This document shows positions 1-13,811 of a stretch of 64,000 nucleotides of DNA, one piece after another. Origin of the DNA: Candidatus Eiseniibacteriota bacterium (lineage in GTDB: Bacteria > Eisenbacteria > RBG-16-71-46 > CAZAMP01); contig OZ245046.1 in the NCBI GenBank assembly GCA_965224245.1, forward strand, positions 1,888,001 through 1,952,000, written 5' to 3'. The notes under the pieces are model-generated. The model was not told the origin of the DNA, did no database searches, and saw only the letters and a program-made list of their open reading frames with translations. Both the position numbers and the translations under genes were made by a program. Position 1 is the first letter of the stretch. Each line of letters begins with the position of its first letter.

Positions 1-1420
1 GGTCGGTCGCGTCGATCGTGCAGTCCAGGGTGTTCATCTCGAACGTGCCCAGGCGGGCGATGGCGCGTCCCGCGCGATCGATGCACATCGAGATGCCCGT
101 GTTCGCGCAGCGCACCATCGGGCGGCGCGTCTCCACGGCCCGATAGCGGGAGAGGTTCGCGTGCTGGTACGGGCCGGCCGTGTCACCGAACCAGACGTCG
201 TTCGTGATGTTCACCAGGAACGTCGCCCCGGACCGAACGAGGTCCCGCGCCAGGTCGGGGTAGATCGCCTCGATGCAGATCATCATGCCCGCCCGCTCGC
301 CGGCCGCCTCGAACGGGGCCGGATCGGTGCCCGGCGTGAAGTCCGCCTGCCCGAAGTTGATCTCCATCAGCCTGAGGAAACGAAACGGCAGCCACTCGCT
401 GAACGGGACGAGGTGTCGCTTGCGATAGATCGGATGATCGCCGTGGACGCCCGGCTCGATCAGGGTGGCGGCGTTGTAGAAGACGTCCTCTTCGTCGACG
501 ACGTCGACGTGCGGCATGCCGGTGACGATCGGGATGCCCGTGCGCGTCGTCCAGTCCTCGAGCTCGGCGCGGTACCCGGCGCCACCCGGGTGCATCAGAC
601 GGAACGGGAGCGCGGTCTCGGGCCACACGATCAGCTTCACGCCGGCGTCGGCCAGCTCGTCGCTCTGGTGAAGGTACCGCGTGAAGACCGCGTTGCGGTT
701 CACGGGGTTCCACTTCTCGCCGGCGCCCAGGTTGGGCTGGATCAGTCCGACGTGGATCGCGCGGGCGGAGGCGTCGGCGGCGCCGAGCTGGATCACGCCG
801 TACGTCAGGGCCGCGGCCGTGATCACGCTCGCGGCCGACAGCGAGCGCTGCGAGCGGGCAGCGAGGAGCGCCGTCACCAGGAGCGTGACGAACGAGAGCC
901 CGAAGAGCCCGTAGAGATCGAGCGTCTGGTAGAGCATCGGAATGCCGGCCAGCGCGTTGCCGATCCCGAGCCACGCGAAGCCCATGACGCCCTTGGCGCC
1001 GATCCACTCCCCGATCGCCCAGGCGGCCGCCAGCGCGATGCCGACCGGAACCCGGCTCCCACGGGCGATCCGAACCGCGACCGTGAACGCCACCGCGGGC
1101 CAGAACCCGAGGTACGCGCACATCAGCACCAGCGCCGGCCACATGACCCACGTGTACGTCAGGTTGTCGGGGACCATCGACGGGATCCAGATCATGACGG
1201 TCGCCACCTGGGCGCCGGCGTACAGCCATCCGATCGCCAGCGTCCGCCTGAGCGACGTCGACCCATCGGGGTGCGCGGCGCGCGCGGCGAGCCAGAACAG
1301 CGGGAGGAGACACAGGGGCGTCAGGGCGCTGAGCCAGGGGAGCTTGGGCCAGAACGGCACCGAGAGGAGCGCTCCCGCCAGGGGGGCCAGCCACGGGTCG
1401 ATCCGACCGGACACGGGCAT
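1..1420 (-). CDS. lnt: Apolipoprotein N-acyltransferase (3' end truncated by window edge)
   Basis: Read from the sequence (not in the ORF track): TM N-terminus, then VGLIQPN, LIVWPETA, YYNAA, YRKRHLVPFSE, MICIEAIYP, LVNITNDVWFG and RAVETRRPMVRCANTGIS motifs. Confidence 0.95.
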   Translation of the reverse strand, partial: MPVSGRIDPWLAPLAGALLSVPFWPKLPWLSALTPLCLLPLFWLAARAAHPDGSTSLRRTLAIGWLYAGAQVATVMIWIPSMVPDNLTYTWVMWPALVLMCAYLGFWPAVAFTVAVRIARGSRVPVGIALAAAWAIGEWIGAKGVMGFAWLGIGNALAGIPMLYQTLDLYGLFGLSFVTLLVTALLAARSQRSLSAASVITAAALTYGVIQLGAADASARAIHVGLIQPNLGAGEKWNPVNRNAVFTRYLHQSDELADAGVKLIVWPETALPFRLMHPGGAGYRAELEDWTTRTGIPIVTGMPHVDVVDEEDVFYNAATLIEPGVHGDHPIYRKRHLVPFSEWLPFRFLRLMEINFGQADFTPGTDPAPFEAAGERAGMMICIEAIYPDLARDLVRSGATFLVNITNDVWFGDTAGPYQHANLSRYRAVETRRPMVRCANTGISMCIDRAGRAIARLGTFEMNTLDCTIDATD

Positions 1421-1560
1421 CTCCACGGCCTGTGCGGCCGATGAGGGCGAACTGTCGCGAAAAGGGGCTCCGGCGCGGCCGGACGTGCGCGCGCAGTCTA
1501 TGAGGCCTCGGTGCCTCCCGCAAGCGCCGCTCACGCGCCCGGTGGGGCGCAGGAGCCGCG

Positions 1561-1589
1561 TTGACACACCGGCGGGACGCTGGTAGTCT
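1561..1589 (+). promoter_or_regulatory. sigma70-type promoter of rpsT
   Basis: TTGACA-N17-TAGTCT with TG extension; AAGGAG RBS downstream. Confidence 0.7.
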
Positions 1590-1636
1590 CCTCGCCGCTC
1601 GATTCGAGGATCAACCGGTCAAGGAGATCGATCTCA

Positions 1637-1894
1637 ATGCCGCATACCAAGTCGACGTCGAAGCGACTTCGCCAGAGCAAGATCCGCCGCACGTACAACC
1701 GCGCCGTTCGCACGCGGATGCGCAACGTCATCAAGACCGCTCGTGGAGCGGAGGGGGCCGACGCGGCCACCCACGTGAGCGGCGTCTACGCGAACCTGGA
1801 TCGTGCCGTGAAGCGCGGCGTCGTCACCCGTCGCCACGCCGCCCGGATCAAGAGCCGGCTCGCGCTCCGCGCCAACCGCGAAGCCGCCGGCTAG
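1637..1894 (+). CDS. rpsT: 30S ribosomal protein S20
   Basis: MPHTKSTSKRLRQS...LDRAVKRGVV...AARIKSRL. Confidence 0.97.
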   Translation: MPHTKSTSKRLRQSKIRRTYNRAVRTRMRNVIKTARGAEGADAATHVSGVYANLDRAVKRGVVTRRHAARIKSRLALRANREAAG

Positions 1895-1904
1895 GCCCGA
1901 TATC

Positions 1905-1938
1905 TCGATCTGGCCGACTGGTCGATCTGGCCGACTGG
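1905..1938. repeat. 17-bp direct tandem repeat (TCGATCTGGCCGACTGG x2) between convergent rpsT and dapF
   Basis: Exact copies at 1905-1921 and 1922-1938. Confidence 0.8.
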
Positions 1939-1942
1939 CCGA

Positions 1943-2761
1943 TCACGCGCCCTCGGGCGTCCAGGACCCGACGAAGCTGGTGACCGCCGGTCCCTCCAGC
2001 CACAGGCCGTCGTGATCGCGGGTCACCGTGAGCAGATCCCCGCTGGCCACCCGCACGGGAACCGTGAACGGCGCGCCGTCGCCGCCGCGGACGCAGATCG
2101 CCGCCGCCGCCGCGCCGCTCCCGCAGGCCAGCGTCTCCGCCTCGACACCCCGCTCGTAGGTGCGGAGCTCGAGCCCCTCGGGCCCCGCGTCACGGACGAC
2201 GTTCACGTTCGCTCCCTCGCGACCCAGGGCGGCGTGCCGCCGCACGCGCGGGCCGAGCTCGGCGAGGTTCACCGATCCCACGTCGGCCGTCACGAGGACG
2301 ACGTGCGGAACCCCGACGCGGACGGTCTCGATCTCCCCGTCCCATCCCGACCCCGGTAGCTCGAGCCGGCGCCGGCCCTCCGGCTCGGGCATGCTCACCG
2401 ACACGCGGCCGTCCCGCACGCGCGCCCGGCACGGCCCGGCCACCGTGGACACGACGGCGTCGGCTCCGACCCAGTCCCGCTCGTACGCGTACGCCACCGC
2501 GCACCGCGTGCCGTTGCCGCAGAACGCATCGCTGCCATCGGCGTTCCAGTACGTCACCGAGATCGCGCCGGCCCCGGTCGGGGCGACGCGGAGGACGCCG
2601 TCGGCTCCGATTCCCCGTCGCCGATCGCACATGGCGGGGACGAGTCGGGCCAGCACGCGCGCGTCGACGGCGCTCTCGTCGAGGAGCACGAAGTCGTTTC
2701 CCGCGCCGTGCATCTTGCGAAAGGCGATCGCTCCGGGCGCGCCGGCGGGGGTGTCCGTCAT
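1943..2761 (-). CDS. dapF: Diaminopimelate epimerase
   Basis: FRKMHGAGNDF, GIGADG, NADGS-FCGNGTRC, ERGVEAETLACGSG; start set at MTDTP (ATGA overlap). Confidence 0.95.
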   Translation of the reverse strand: MTDTPAGAPGAIAFRKMHGAGNDFVLLDESAVDARVLARLVPAMCDRRRGIGADGVLRVAPTGAGAISVTYWNADGSDAFCGNGTRCAVAYAYERDWVGADAVVSTVAGPCRARVRDGRVSVSMPEPEGRRRLELPGSGWDGEIETVRVGVPHVVLVTADVGSVNLAELGPRVRRHAALGREGANVNVVRDAGPEGLELRTYERGVEAETLACGSGAAAAAICVRGGDGAPFTVPVRVASGDLLTVTRDHDGLWLEGPAVTSFVGSWTPEGA

Positions 2762-4230
2762 GGTGCGTCGCTCTCCCCGGTCGGCTCCGATCCGGTCGCG
2801 CCGGAAGGAGCCGCGCTGGAGTCCGAGACGTCGGGCATGAAGCTCTCCGGGCGCTGGATGGACAGCGTGTCGGGGACGGCGGCCTGCCCGGGACCGACCC
2901 AGAGCCGGAGCGTGTCGGACACCCCCGGCTCGGTCTCCCATGCGTACCGGCCGTCCCGGTCCAGGTCCCGCCAGACGAGCCCCGCGTACGGCCCGGGCGT
3001 CACCGGGCTCATCGTGTAGTCGCCGGCCCCACCCTGAATCTCGTCCGAGAGCCGCGTCGTGTCCACCTCCGACCAGAACCGGACGCGGATCGGGCACGCG
3101 CAGTACACCGAGTCGATCCGCGCGCGGGGATCCAGCATCCGAGATGCCGCGATCGATGCCGAGTCCGGCACCGAGACCGCGTCCGAGCGCGCGCGGAGCG
3201 AGTCGGCGACCGCGCGGAGCGAGTCGATCCTCGCGCCCCGCCGCGGCGCGTCGTCACCGGCCGCCTCGTCGATCGGCGCCACCAGCTGGCCGTAGAGGCT
3301 GTCCGCGCGGGCGGAGAGCACGGTCTTCGCCGTGCGCAGGCTGTCCTGGGCGGCGAACAGCGAGTCCGTGCGCGCGCGACGCCGCTGCCGGAGCGTGACC
3401 AGCGCGCTGCAGGTGGTATCGCGTACCGTCCCCTGGATGCGCCCCGGCTCGTCCGGATACACCAGCGCGATCGACAGGTCGAGCGGGCCACCGCCGGAGT
3501 CCGGGACGACCGGGGTCAGAACACGGCAGTACAGATCCGACCGCGCGTCCCAGTCGCGGTTCTCGTTCCCGTCGTGGAACGCGCCGATCTCGTACGCGCG
3601 ACCGGGAGCCAGCCCCGGCACGAGGAACCGTCCCTCGGCGTCCGGCTCGGCGATCGAGACCGCGTCGTAGATGTTCACGTCGGTGGTGTCGGCGATTCGA
3701 CGGTCGAACGCCAGCACCAGAACCGGCGCCGACAGCCCTCCGAGGCGCACGAGCGTCCCGCCGGCCCGCCCCAGATGCGCCTCGTCACCGGTGCTGAACA
3801 CGACGAGACCCGGCTCGGTCACACGGTTCCGCCTCCGGTCCTGCATCGTCGCGCGCAGCACGACGGTGTACGTCGTCTCCGGTTGCCAGCCGGTGGCGGG
3901 CTCCAGCGAGAGCGTGTCCTCCTCCCACGTGCGGCGACCCCAGTCCACGTGCGGGCGCACGACGATGCCGTCCTCGGCCGATCCCCGGTCCATTCGCTCG
4001 GAGAAGACGACCCGCAGCGGGGCGTCCAGCGGCACCGACGTCTCGAACAGCCTCGGCCGGGTTCCCACCACGCTGGGCGGGGATCGATCGGGCGGCCCGC
4101 CCGAGGGCGGGACCTTGTTCGCGCACCCGATCCCGGCGGCCAGGACCCCCGCACCGGCGAGGACGAGTCCGAGCACCGCGCGCGCGCTGCCGGGCGCGCG
4201 CTTCGACGTCGAGTGGACCACGTTCAGCAC
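2758..4230 (-). CDS. Lipoprotein with Ig-like (Big_5) domain
   Basis: Lipobox AGIGC followed by PPSGGPPDRSPP and FSERMD, typical of Big_5 lipoproteins. Confidence 0.75.
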   Translation of the reverse strand: MLNVVHSTSKRAPGSARAVLGLVLAGAGVLAAGIGCANKVPPSGGPPDRSPPSVVGTRPRLFETSVPLDAPLRVVFSERMDRGSAEDGIVVRPHVDWGRRTWEEDTLSLEPATGWQPETTYTVVLRATMQDRRRNRVTEPGLVVFSTGDEAHLGRAGGTLVRLGGLSAPVLVLAFDRRIADTTDVNIYDAVSIAEPDAEGRFLVPGLAPGRAYEIGAFHDGNENRDWDARSDLYCRVLTPVVPDSGGGPLDLSIALVYPDEPGRIQGTVRDTTCSALVTLRQRRRARTDSLFAAQDSLRTAKTVLSARADSLYGQLVAPIDEAAGDDAPRRGARIDSLRAVADSLRARSDAVSVPDSASIAASRMLDPRARIDSVYCACPIRVRFWSEVDTTRLSDEIQGGAGDYTMSPVTPGPYAGLVWRDLDRDGRYAWETEPGVSDTLRLWVGPGQAAVPDTLSIQRPESFMPDVSDSSAAPSGATGSEPTGESDAP

Positions 4231-5135
4231 ATCAAGACGTCCAGGAGGCCCTTCTGGGCGTGCAGGCGATTGTGTGCCTCCGGGAACACCACCGACTGCG
4301 GTCCGTCGATGACCTCGGCGGCGACCTCCTCGCCCCGATGCGCGGGCAGGCAGTGCATGAACAGCGCGTCGGGCTTCGCACGCGCCATCATGGCCGCGTC
4401 GACCTGGAAGCCCTGGAAGCGCGCCAGGCGCTCGGCCTTCTCGTCCTCCTGCCCCATGCTGGCCCAGACGTCCGTGTACACGACGTCGGCGCCCTCGGTC
4501 CCCGCCACAGGATCGGTGGTCGCGAGGACGCTCGCGCCACGCGCCCGGGCGGCCGACACGATCGCGTCGTTCGGGGCGTAGCCCTCCGGATGCACTACGC
4601 GCACCTCCATCCGGTAGTGGATCGCGGCGTTGATCCAGGAGTGCGCGACGTTGTTCCCATCCCCCACGAAGGCCACCGTCAGCCCATCGAGGCGGCGGCC
4701 GTGCTCGCGGGCCGTCATCAGGTCGGCCAGGATCTGGCAGGGGTGATAGCCGTCGGTCAGGGCGTTCACGACGGGCACGCTCGCGTGCTCGGCCAGCTCC
4801 TCGACGAACGCGTCGGCGAACGTGCGGATGACGATGCCGTCGACGTAGCCCGACAGCACGTGCGCGATGTCGTGCACGGTCTCCCGCGTGTTCATCCCGA
4901 TCTCGCGATCGGTGATGAAGAGCGCGCTCCCGCCCATCTGGTTCATGCCGGTCTCGAAGCTCACGCGGGTGCGGAGGCTCGGCTTGTGGAAGATCATCGC
5001 GAGCGACTTCCCGCGCATCCGATCCGACGCGCCGTCCCGCTGGAAGGCCGTCTTGATCTCCACCGCGCGGTCGAGAACCCGATCGATCGAGTCGCGATCC
5101 CAGTCGGCGAGCGACACGAGATGGCGTGGGGTCAT
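4224..5135 (-). CDS. argF: Ornithine carbamoyltransferase
   Basis: SLRTR, HPCQ, DVWASMG, FMHCLP, NRLHAQK. Confidence 0.96.
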   Translation of the reverse strand: MTPRHLVSLADWDRDSIDRVLDRAVEIKTAFQRDGASDRMRGKSLAMIFHKPSLRTRVSFETGMNQMGGSALFITDREIGMNTRETVHDIAHVLSGYVDGIVIRTFADAFVEELAEHASVPVVNALTDGYHPCQILADLMTAREHGRRLDGLTVAFVGDGNNVAHSWINAAIHYRMEVRVVHPEGYAPNDAIVSAARARGASVLATTDPVAGTEGADVVYTDVWASMGQEDEKAERLARFQGFQVDAAMMARAKPDALFMHCLPAHRGEEVAAEVIDGPQSVVFPEAHNRLHAQKGLLDVLMC

Positions 5136-6097
5136 GGTGAGGGGTCTCCCTTGGGTTCGAGGTCGTGTCGCCGGGACCGGGGGCGCCGCCGGGCCGCAGC
5201 GCTCGCCTCGGCCCGCGGATGGGCGCGATCGTACGAGCGGCGAAGCCGCTCCACCGTGAGGTGCGTGTACACCTGCGTGCTCGTCAGCGCCCGGTGCCCG
5301 AGCAACTCCTGGACCGCTCTGAGATCCGCGCCCCGCTCGAGCAGGTGCGTCGCGAACGTGTGTCGGAGCGTGTGAGGCGAGAGTCGCGTCTGGGCGCTGA
5401 CCTGCCTCAGCAATCGCGTCGCGACGTTCTGCACGGTGCGACGCGAGAGGCGACGTCCCCCGCGTCCCACGAACACCGGCTCGTCACGGAGATTCGCGGG
5501 CGCCGGCCGTTCCGGCGAGGCCAGATAGGTCCGGAGCGCGTCGATCGCGGCCCGTCCCAGCGGCGCCAGACGCTCGGTGGACCCCTTGCCCCGGACGTGC
5601 ACGACGCCGGCCCGCCAGTCGACGTCGGCCACGTTCATGCCCACCAGCTCCGACAGACGCACGCCGCTCGCGTAGAACGTCTCCAGGATGGCCCGGTCGC
5701 GGTCGGACTCCATCCGGTCGGGCTCGAACAGGCGCGCGGCCTCGGCCTGGGTCAGGTGAACGGGTAGCCGCCGGTCGGCCTTGGGTCGCGACAGCTCGCG
5801 CGCGGGATTGTCGTCCAGGATCTCGCGATCCACCAGGTAGTCCCCGAAGCTCCGGAGCGCGGCGATCTTCCGCGCGATGGTGCGCGGGCGATGCCCGGCG
5901 ACGCGAAGCGACGCCACGTAGCGCCGCAGAGCCACGAACGAGAACGCCGTGACCTCGGGGTCGGCCTCGGCCTGGGCGGCGATGAACCCCCGCACGTCCC
6001 GCCGGTAGGCGGCGACGGTGTGCGGCGAGAGATCACGGATGTCGCGCAGCTGCGACACGAAGCCGCGAGCCGCCTGCTCGAGACCGACGCTCGTCAT
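5132..6097 (-). CDS. xerC: Tyrosine recombinase XerC
   Basis: SPHTVAAY, RDRAILETFYASGVRLSEL, HTLRHTFATHLL, LLGH-TQVYTH, AHPRA. Confidence 0.88.
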   Translation of the reverse strand: MTSVGLEQAARGFVSQLRDIRDLSPHTVAAYRRDVRGFIAAQAEADPEVTAFSFVALRRYVASLRVAGHRPRTIARKIAALRSFGDYLVDREILDDNPARELSRPKADRRLPVHLTQAEAARLFEPDRMESDRDRAILETFYASGVRLSELVGMNVADVDWRAGVVHVRGKGSTERLAPLGRAAIDALRTYLASPERPAPANLRDEPVFVGRGGRRLSRRTVQNVATRLLRQVSAQTRLSPHTLRHTFATHLLERGADLRAVQELLGHRALTSTQVYTHLTVERLRRSYDRAHPRAEASAAARRRPRSRRHDLEPKGDPSP

Positions 6098-6327
6098 GCG
6101 GGTGCCTCCGAATGATCGGGGTCGGACGATACGAGCCCCCACACCCCCGAATCCACTCCGAAATGGGGATCGTCCCCTCTCGGGGCGGCACGGGGTTTCC
6201 CGACGGTGCGGCTTCCGCTGGCGGGGGTACAGTTGATAGGGTCTCCGCGCTCGGGAGTGTGCCGGCGGGACGGTGATCGGGGTGAACCGATCGGGGACGA
6301 ACGCGAGAGGTCGAGGGTGAAGACACG

Positions 6328-8367
6328 ATGATCGATCGTCACGACGGACGATTGACGTGGCGATCGGTCGTGGGGCCCGCTCTGGTCGCCCTCCTCGGCG
6401 TGGCGCTCGCGTCGACGGCCGTGTCCGCGATCCGGAACCAGTACCTCGCGCTGGGCTTCACGCGCACGCCGTGGATCGTCCTCGGGGACGAGATCCGATC
6501 GGCGGCGCCGATCGTCGGCGCCCTCGGGCTCTGGTGCGCGCTCGTGGTGCTCGCCATCGGGCGTCTGCCCCGCCGATCCCGGTCGCTCGACGCATCCGCG
6601 CCGGGCGCACGCTTCGCGAGTCCCGCGCGGCGTATCTCGCTGGCCATCGCCTCGGGTCTGGCCATCACCGCGCTCCTCCGGGTCGCCTACGCGTTCAATC
6701 GCTTCCACGCCGACGTGAACTGGTCGTGGCGGCGCGACTGGCACGGCCTGCCGGTTCCGGACGTCTTCTTCCGGCCGATGGTGTGGCTCCAGAACGCCGG
6801 CATCATCCTGGGTGCAGCCGTGTGCGGGTGGCTCCTCTACCGTCTCCTGTGGCTCGGTCTCGGGCGACGGCCGTCGGCGGCGCGGGCGCTCCACCGCGTG
6901 GCGGCGGCGTGGCCGACGATCGTGGCCACCACGCTGGCGCTCGTCGCCCTCCTGATCGTCGCGCACGCTCACCGCGCGCGCACCCCCGAGCGTCCCAACG
7001 TCGTCGTGATCTCGCTGGACACGCTGAGGGCGGATCACCTCGGTGCATACGGCTACTCCAGGCCGACCTCCCCCACGCTGGACGCGTTCGCCCGTGACGG
7101 GGTGCTCTTCGAGTGGACGATCGGGCAGGCCGAGGCCACGCTGCCGTCACACATGTCGATCTTCACCGCCAAGCTCCCGTCGGGACACGGCGTGTGGAAC
7201 CACAACCACGTGCTCGCTCCCCCGGTGGTCACGATGGCCGAGGCCTTCCGCGAGGAGGGATACCGGACGGCGGCATTCGTGGACGCCGGCCACATGCTGA
7301 AGCTGTTCGGCTTCGGGCAGGGCTTCGACGTCTATCACGATCGCTTCAAGCGCCTGGCGGGATCGGTCGACATGGCCATCGAGTGGCTGGACGCTCTCGG
7401 AGACGACGACCGGTACCTGCTGTTCGTACACGGGTACGACATCCACACGCCGTACTCGCCGTGGTCGCCGTACCGAAAGGACTTCGTCGATCCGACGTAC
7501 ACCGAGCCCGCGGTCGAGCCCAACGTGGATACGATGGCCAAGATCACCTGGCGGCTGGCGGCCGACTCGACGTACGTGGATCCGATCGACGCACGCAACC
7601 GGGAGTACATCGTCGCCTGCTACGACGCCGCCATTCGCTGGGCCGACGACCAGGTGGCGCGGCTCCTGGCGCACATGCAGGCGCGCGGAGACCTCGACGA
7701 CACGTGGGTGGTCGTTCTCTCCGATCACGGCGAGGAGTTCGGCGAGCACGGCGCGTACCTGCACGAGAAGCTCTACCACACGGTCACCCACGTGCCGCTG
7801 ATCGTACGACCGCCGTCCGGCCCCCTCGGGGCGCGCTTCGAGGCGCGGCGCGGGGCCCGCGTTTCCGACGTGACCAGCCTCGTGGACGTGTTCCCGACCC
7901 TGGCCGAGATCTCGTCGATCCCGGCGCGCGCCGACTGGGTGGGAGCGAGCCTCGTGCCCTACCTCGAAGGCCGGTCCGCTCGATCCGATCTCGCCGGCGA
8001 CGCTCCCGACTCGCTCGCGGCCGGCCGCCGGGCGGCGAGTCGGGTCGCATACAGCCAGAGCTATCGCTTCGGGCACGTCCGGGCCATCACGTCCGACTCG
8101 CTCCACATCCTCAGCAGCGAGGACGCACGCGATCACTTCGAGCTCTACCGCCATCGCGAGGACCGAGCCGAGCAGGACCCGACCCGGGTGATGCTCGGCG
8201 AGAACGGCGCGCTCGTCGACGGTCCTTACGACGCGCGAGGTCGCGCCCTCACGGGCCGGCTTCGCCAGTGGATGGACGAGACCCGCGCGCGCATCCTCGG
8301 CAACGAGGCGCGGCGCTTCCTCGGCTCGGACTTCAAGACCCTGCGGAACCTCGGCTACATCCAGTAG
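6328..8367 (+). CDS. Membrane-anchored sulfatase-like hydrolase/transferase
   Basis: N-terminal TM helices; PNVVVISLDTLRADH, TLPSH, SDHGEEF, VPLI. Confidence 0.85.
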   Translation: MIDRHDGRLTWRSVVGPALVALLGVALASTAVSAIRNQYLALGFTRTPWIVLGDEIRSAAPIVGALGLWCALVVLAIGRLPRRSRSLDASAPGARFASPARRISLAIASGLAITALLRVAYAFNRFHADVNWSWRRDWHGLPVPDVFFRPMVWLQNAGIILGAAVCGWLLYRLLWLGLGRRPSAARALHRVAAAWPTIVATTLALVALLIVAHAHRARTPERPNVVVISLDTLRADHLGAYGYSRPTSPTLDAFARDGVLFEWTIGQAEATLPSHMSIFTAKLPSGHGVWNHNHVLAPPVVTMAEAFREEGYRTAAFVDAGHMLKLFGFGQGFDVYHDRFKRLAGSVDMAIEWLDALGDDDRYLLFVHGYDIHTPYSPWSPYRKDFVDPTYTEPAVEPNVDTMAKITWRLAADSTYVDPIDARNREYIVACYDAAIRWADDQVARLLAHMQARGDLDDTWVVVLSDHGEEFGEHGAYLHEKLYHTVTHVPLIVRPPSGPLGARFEARRGARVSDVTSLVDVFPTLAEISSIPARADWVGASLVPYLEGRSARSDLAGDAPDSLAAGRRAASRVAYSQSYRFGHVRAITSDSLHILSSEDARDHFELYRHREDRAEQDPTRVMLGENGALVDGPYDARGRALTGRLRQWMDETRARILGNEARRFLGSDFKTLRNLGYIQ

Positions 8368-8402
8368 AGCGGCCGGCGGCGCCGTTGGGGGCGATCACGG
8401 GA

Positions 8403-9739
8403 TCAGCCGGCCAGGTCCACCGGCGTTCGCTGCCGCCATGCGGCGAGGTCCTGGAGGCTGCGGCGGTGCATCGCGAGCTGCCGGTCGCGCTTGTTCCGGA
8501 TGCGCGGAGCCGGCGGCGGCAGGAGCCCGAAGTTCACGTTCATGGGCTGAAAGCTCGTGACCTCGGGATTGGAGATGTAGCGCGTGAGCGCGCCGAGGAG
8601 CGTCGTCTCCGGCAGCGACTCGGGCTCGCGTCCCTCGACCCGAGCCAGCGCGCCGAGCGCGGCCACCAGGCCGGTTCCACACGCCTCGGTGTAGCCTTCG
8701 CACCCGGTGATCTGTCCGGCCAGGAAGAGCGCCGGCCGGTTGCGCACCTCGAGCGCGGGCGTCAGCACGCGGGGCGAGTCCACGTACGCGTTCCGGTGCA
8801 TGCTGCCCAGGCGCAGAAACTCCGCCTCCCTCAGCGCCGGGATCATCCGCAGGACGCGCTTCTGCTCGGGATAGGTGAGCCGGGTCTGACAGCCCACGAG
8901 GTTGTACATCTCGCCGCCCGCCTTCTCGCGGCGGAGCTGCACGACGGCGAACGGGCGGCGACCGGTGCGGGGGTCGACCAGCCCCACGGGCTTGAACGGC
9001 CCGAACAGCAGCGTCTTCTCGCCGCGCGACGCCAGCTCCTCGATCGGCAGGCACATCTCGAAGAGCTTCGACGACTCGAAGTCCTTGATCGCCACCCGGT
9101 CCGCCGAGACGAGCTCGCGGTGAAAGGCGCGGTACTCGTCCTCGGTCATCGGGCAGTTGACGTAGTCGTCCTCTCCGCGACCGTAACGACCGGCCGAGAA
9201 CGCCCGGTCGAGGTCGATCGACTCCGCGTCGACGATCGGGCTGATGGCGTCGAAGAAGTAGAGATCCTGCTCGCGACCGATCACGCGGCCGAGCGACGCC
9301 AGGAGCGCGTCGGTGGTCAGCGGGCCCGTCGCGAGCACCACGACACCGCTCCCGGGGACGGCGTGGACCTCGTCGCGGACCAGCTCGATCCCCGGATGCG
9401 CGGTGATCGCCTCCTCGACCGCGTTGGCGAACCGCTCGCGGTCCACGGCCAGCGCCTGGCCCGCCGGGACCGCGGCGGAGCGGGCGGCGTTCAGGATCAG
9501 CGAGTCGAAGGTCGCGATCTCGGCCTTGAAGAGCCCCGGCGCCGTGCCCTCGCGGAGCGACTTGAGGGAGTTCGTGCACACGAGCTCGGCCAGGCGACCC
9601 GTCTTGTGCGCGGGGGTGCGACGCCGGGGGCGCATCTCGAGGAGCCGCACCCGGTGTCCGCGGCGAGCGATCTGCCACGCGGCCTCGGTGCCGGCGAGCC
9701 CGCCCCCGATGACCGTGACCGCGACGCCGCCGGTCGGGG

Positions 9740-9743
<4 letters not shown>
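8403..9743 (-). CDS. trmFO: Folate-dependent tRNA (U54) methyltransferase TrmFO
   Basis: [57 protein letters not shown]. Confidence 0.95.
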
Positions 9744-13249
<3,506 letters not shown>

Positions 13250-13504
13250 GTTGACTCGCTCGGGCCGTCTCCCGCGCGGCGGCGGGTACGCCCCAGTTTG
13301 GATATCGACGTACGCGGCGCGACCGGCCGCGAGAGGGACCGCCGCCGATCGATCACGGTGAAATCAAGGGCTCCGAACTCTATCAGAGTCGCCAGTCGAG
13401 CATCAACGACGGTGGGGAGTTCCGAGCGGCGGCGGCGCGGAGGGCGGTCGGACCGCCCTGCCGCCGACGGTGCCGGGGCGGACGAAGCCACCCTCGACGA
13501 GAGC

Positions 13505-13720
13505 TCAGGAGACCGGAGTGACGTGGCGCGCTTCGACGACGCCATCGAGGCTGGCGCCCACCGAGAACTCGACCTCGATGCCTTCGCGAAGCCCGCTCGG
13601 CTCACGATCCTCGGGCATGTCGATCGCCGCCGACCGAACCAGAACGCGGTCCCCTCGAGACGTCTCGATGAAGCCGTATCCCAACGTTTCCGAGTACCAG
13701 TGAACCGTTCCTCTGGACAT
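13505..13720 (-). CDS. Divergent cold-shock domain protein
   Basis: MSRGTVHWY...GYGFI...LREGIEVEF...ARHV, 71 aa; GGAGG RBS. Confidence 0.75.
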   Translation of the reverse strand: MSRGTVHWYSETLGYGFIETSRGDRVLVRSAAIDMPEDREPSGLREGIEVEFSVGASLDGVVEARHVTPVS

Positions 13721-13811
13721 CTGCGCACCTCCGCGTTGGGTCTGTCTGCAACTATGCCCCCCAGTCCGTGTTCCCGTCAAACGGTTCGCTCACCAAGCGC
13801 TCACACCCTCC

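Noticed and set aside
1905-1944. Short repeats here and at 31094-31180 as CRISPR-like arrays
   Set aside because: They are tandem repeats with no spacers, have too few units, and no cas genes are present.
5132-6097. Tyrosine recombinase as a phage or island integrase
   Set aside because: It has XerC features and a housekeeping context, with no att site, tRNA or cargo seen.
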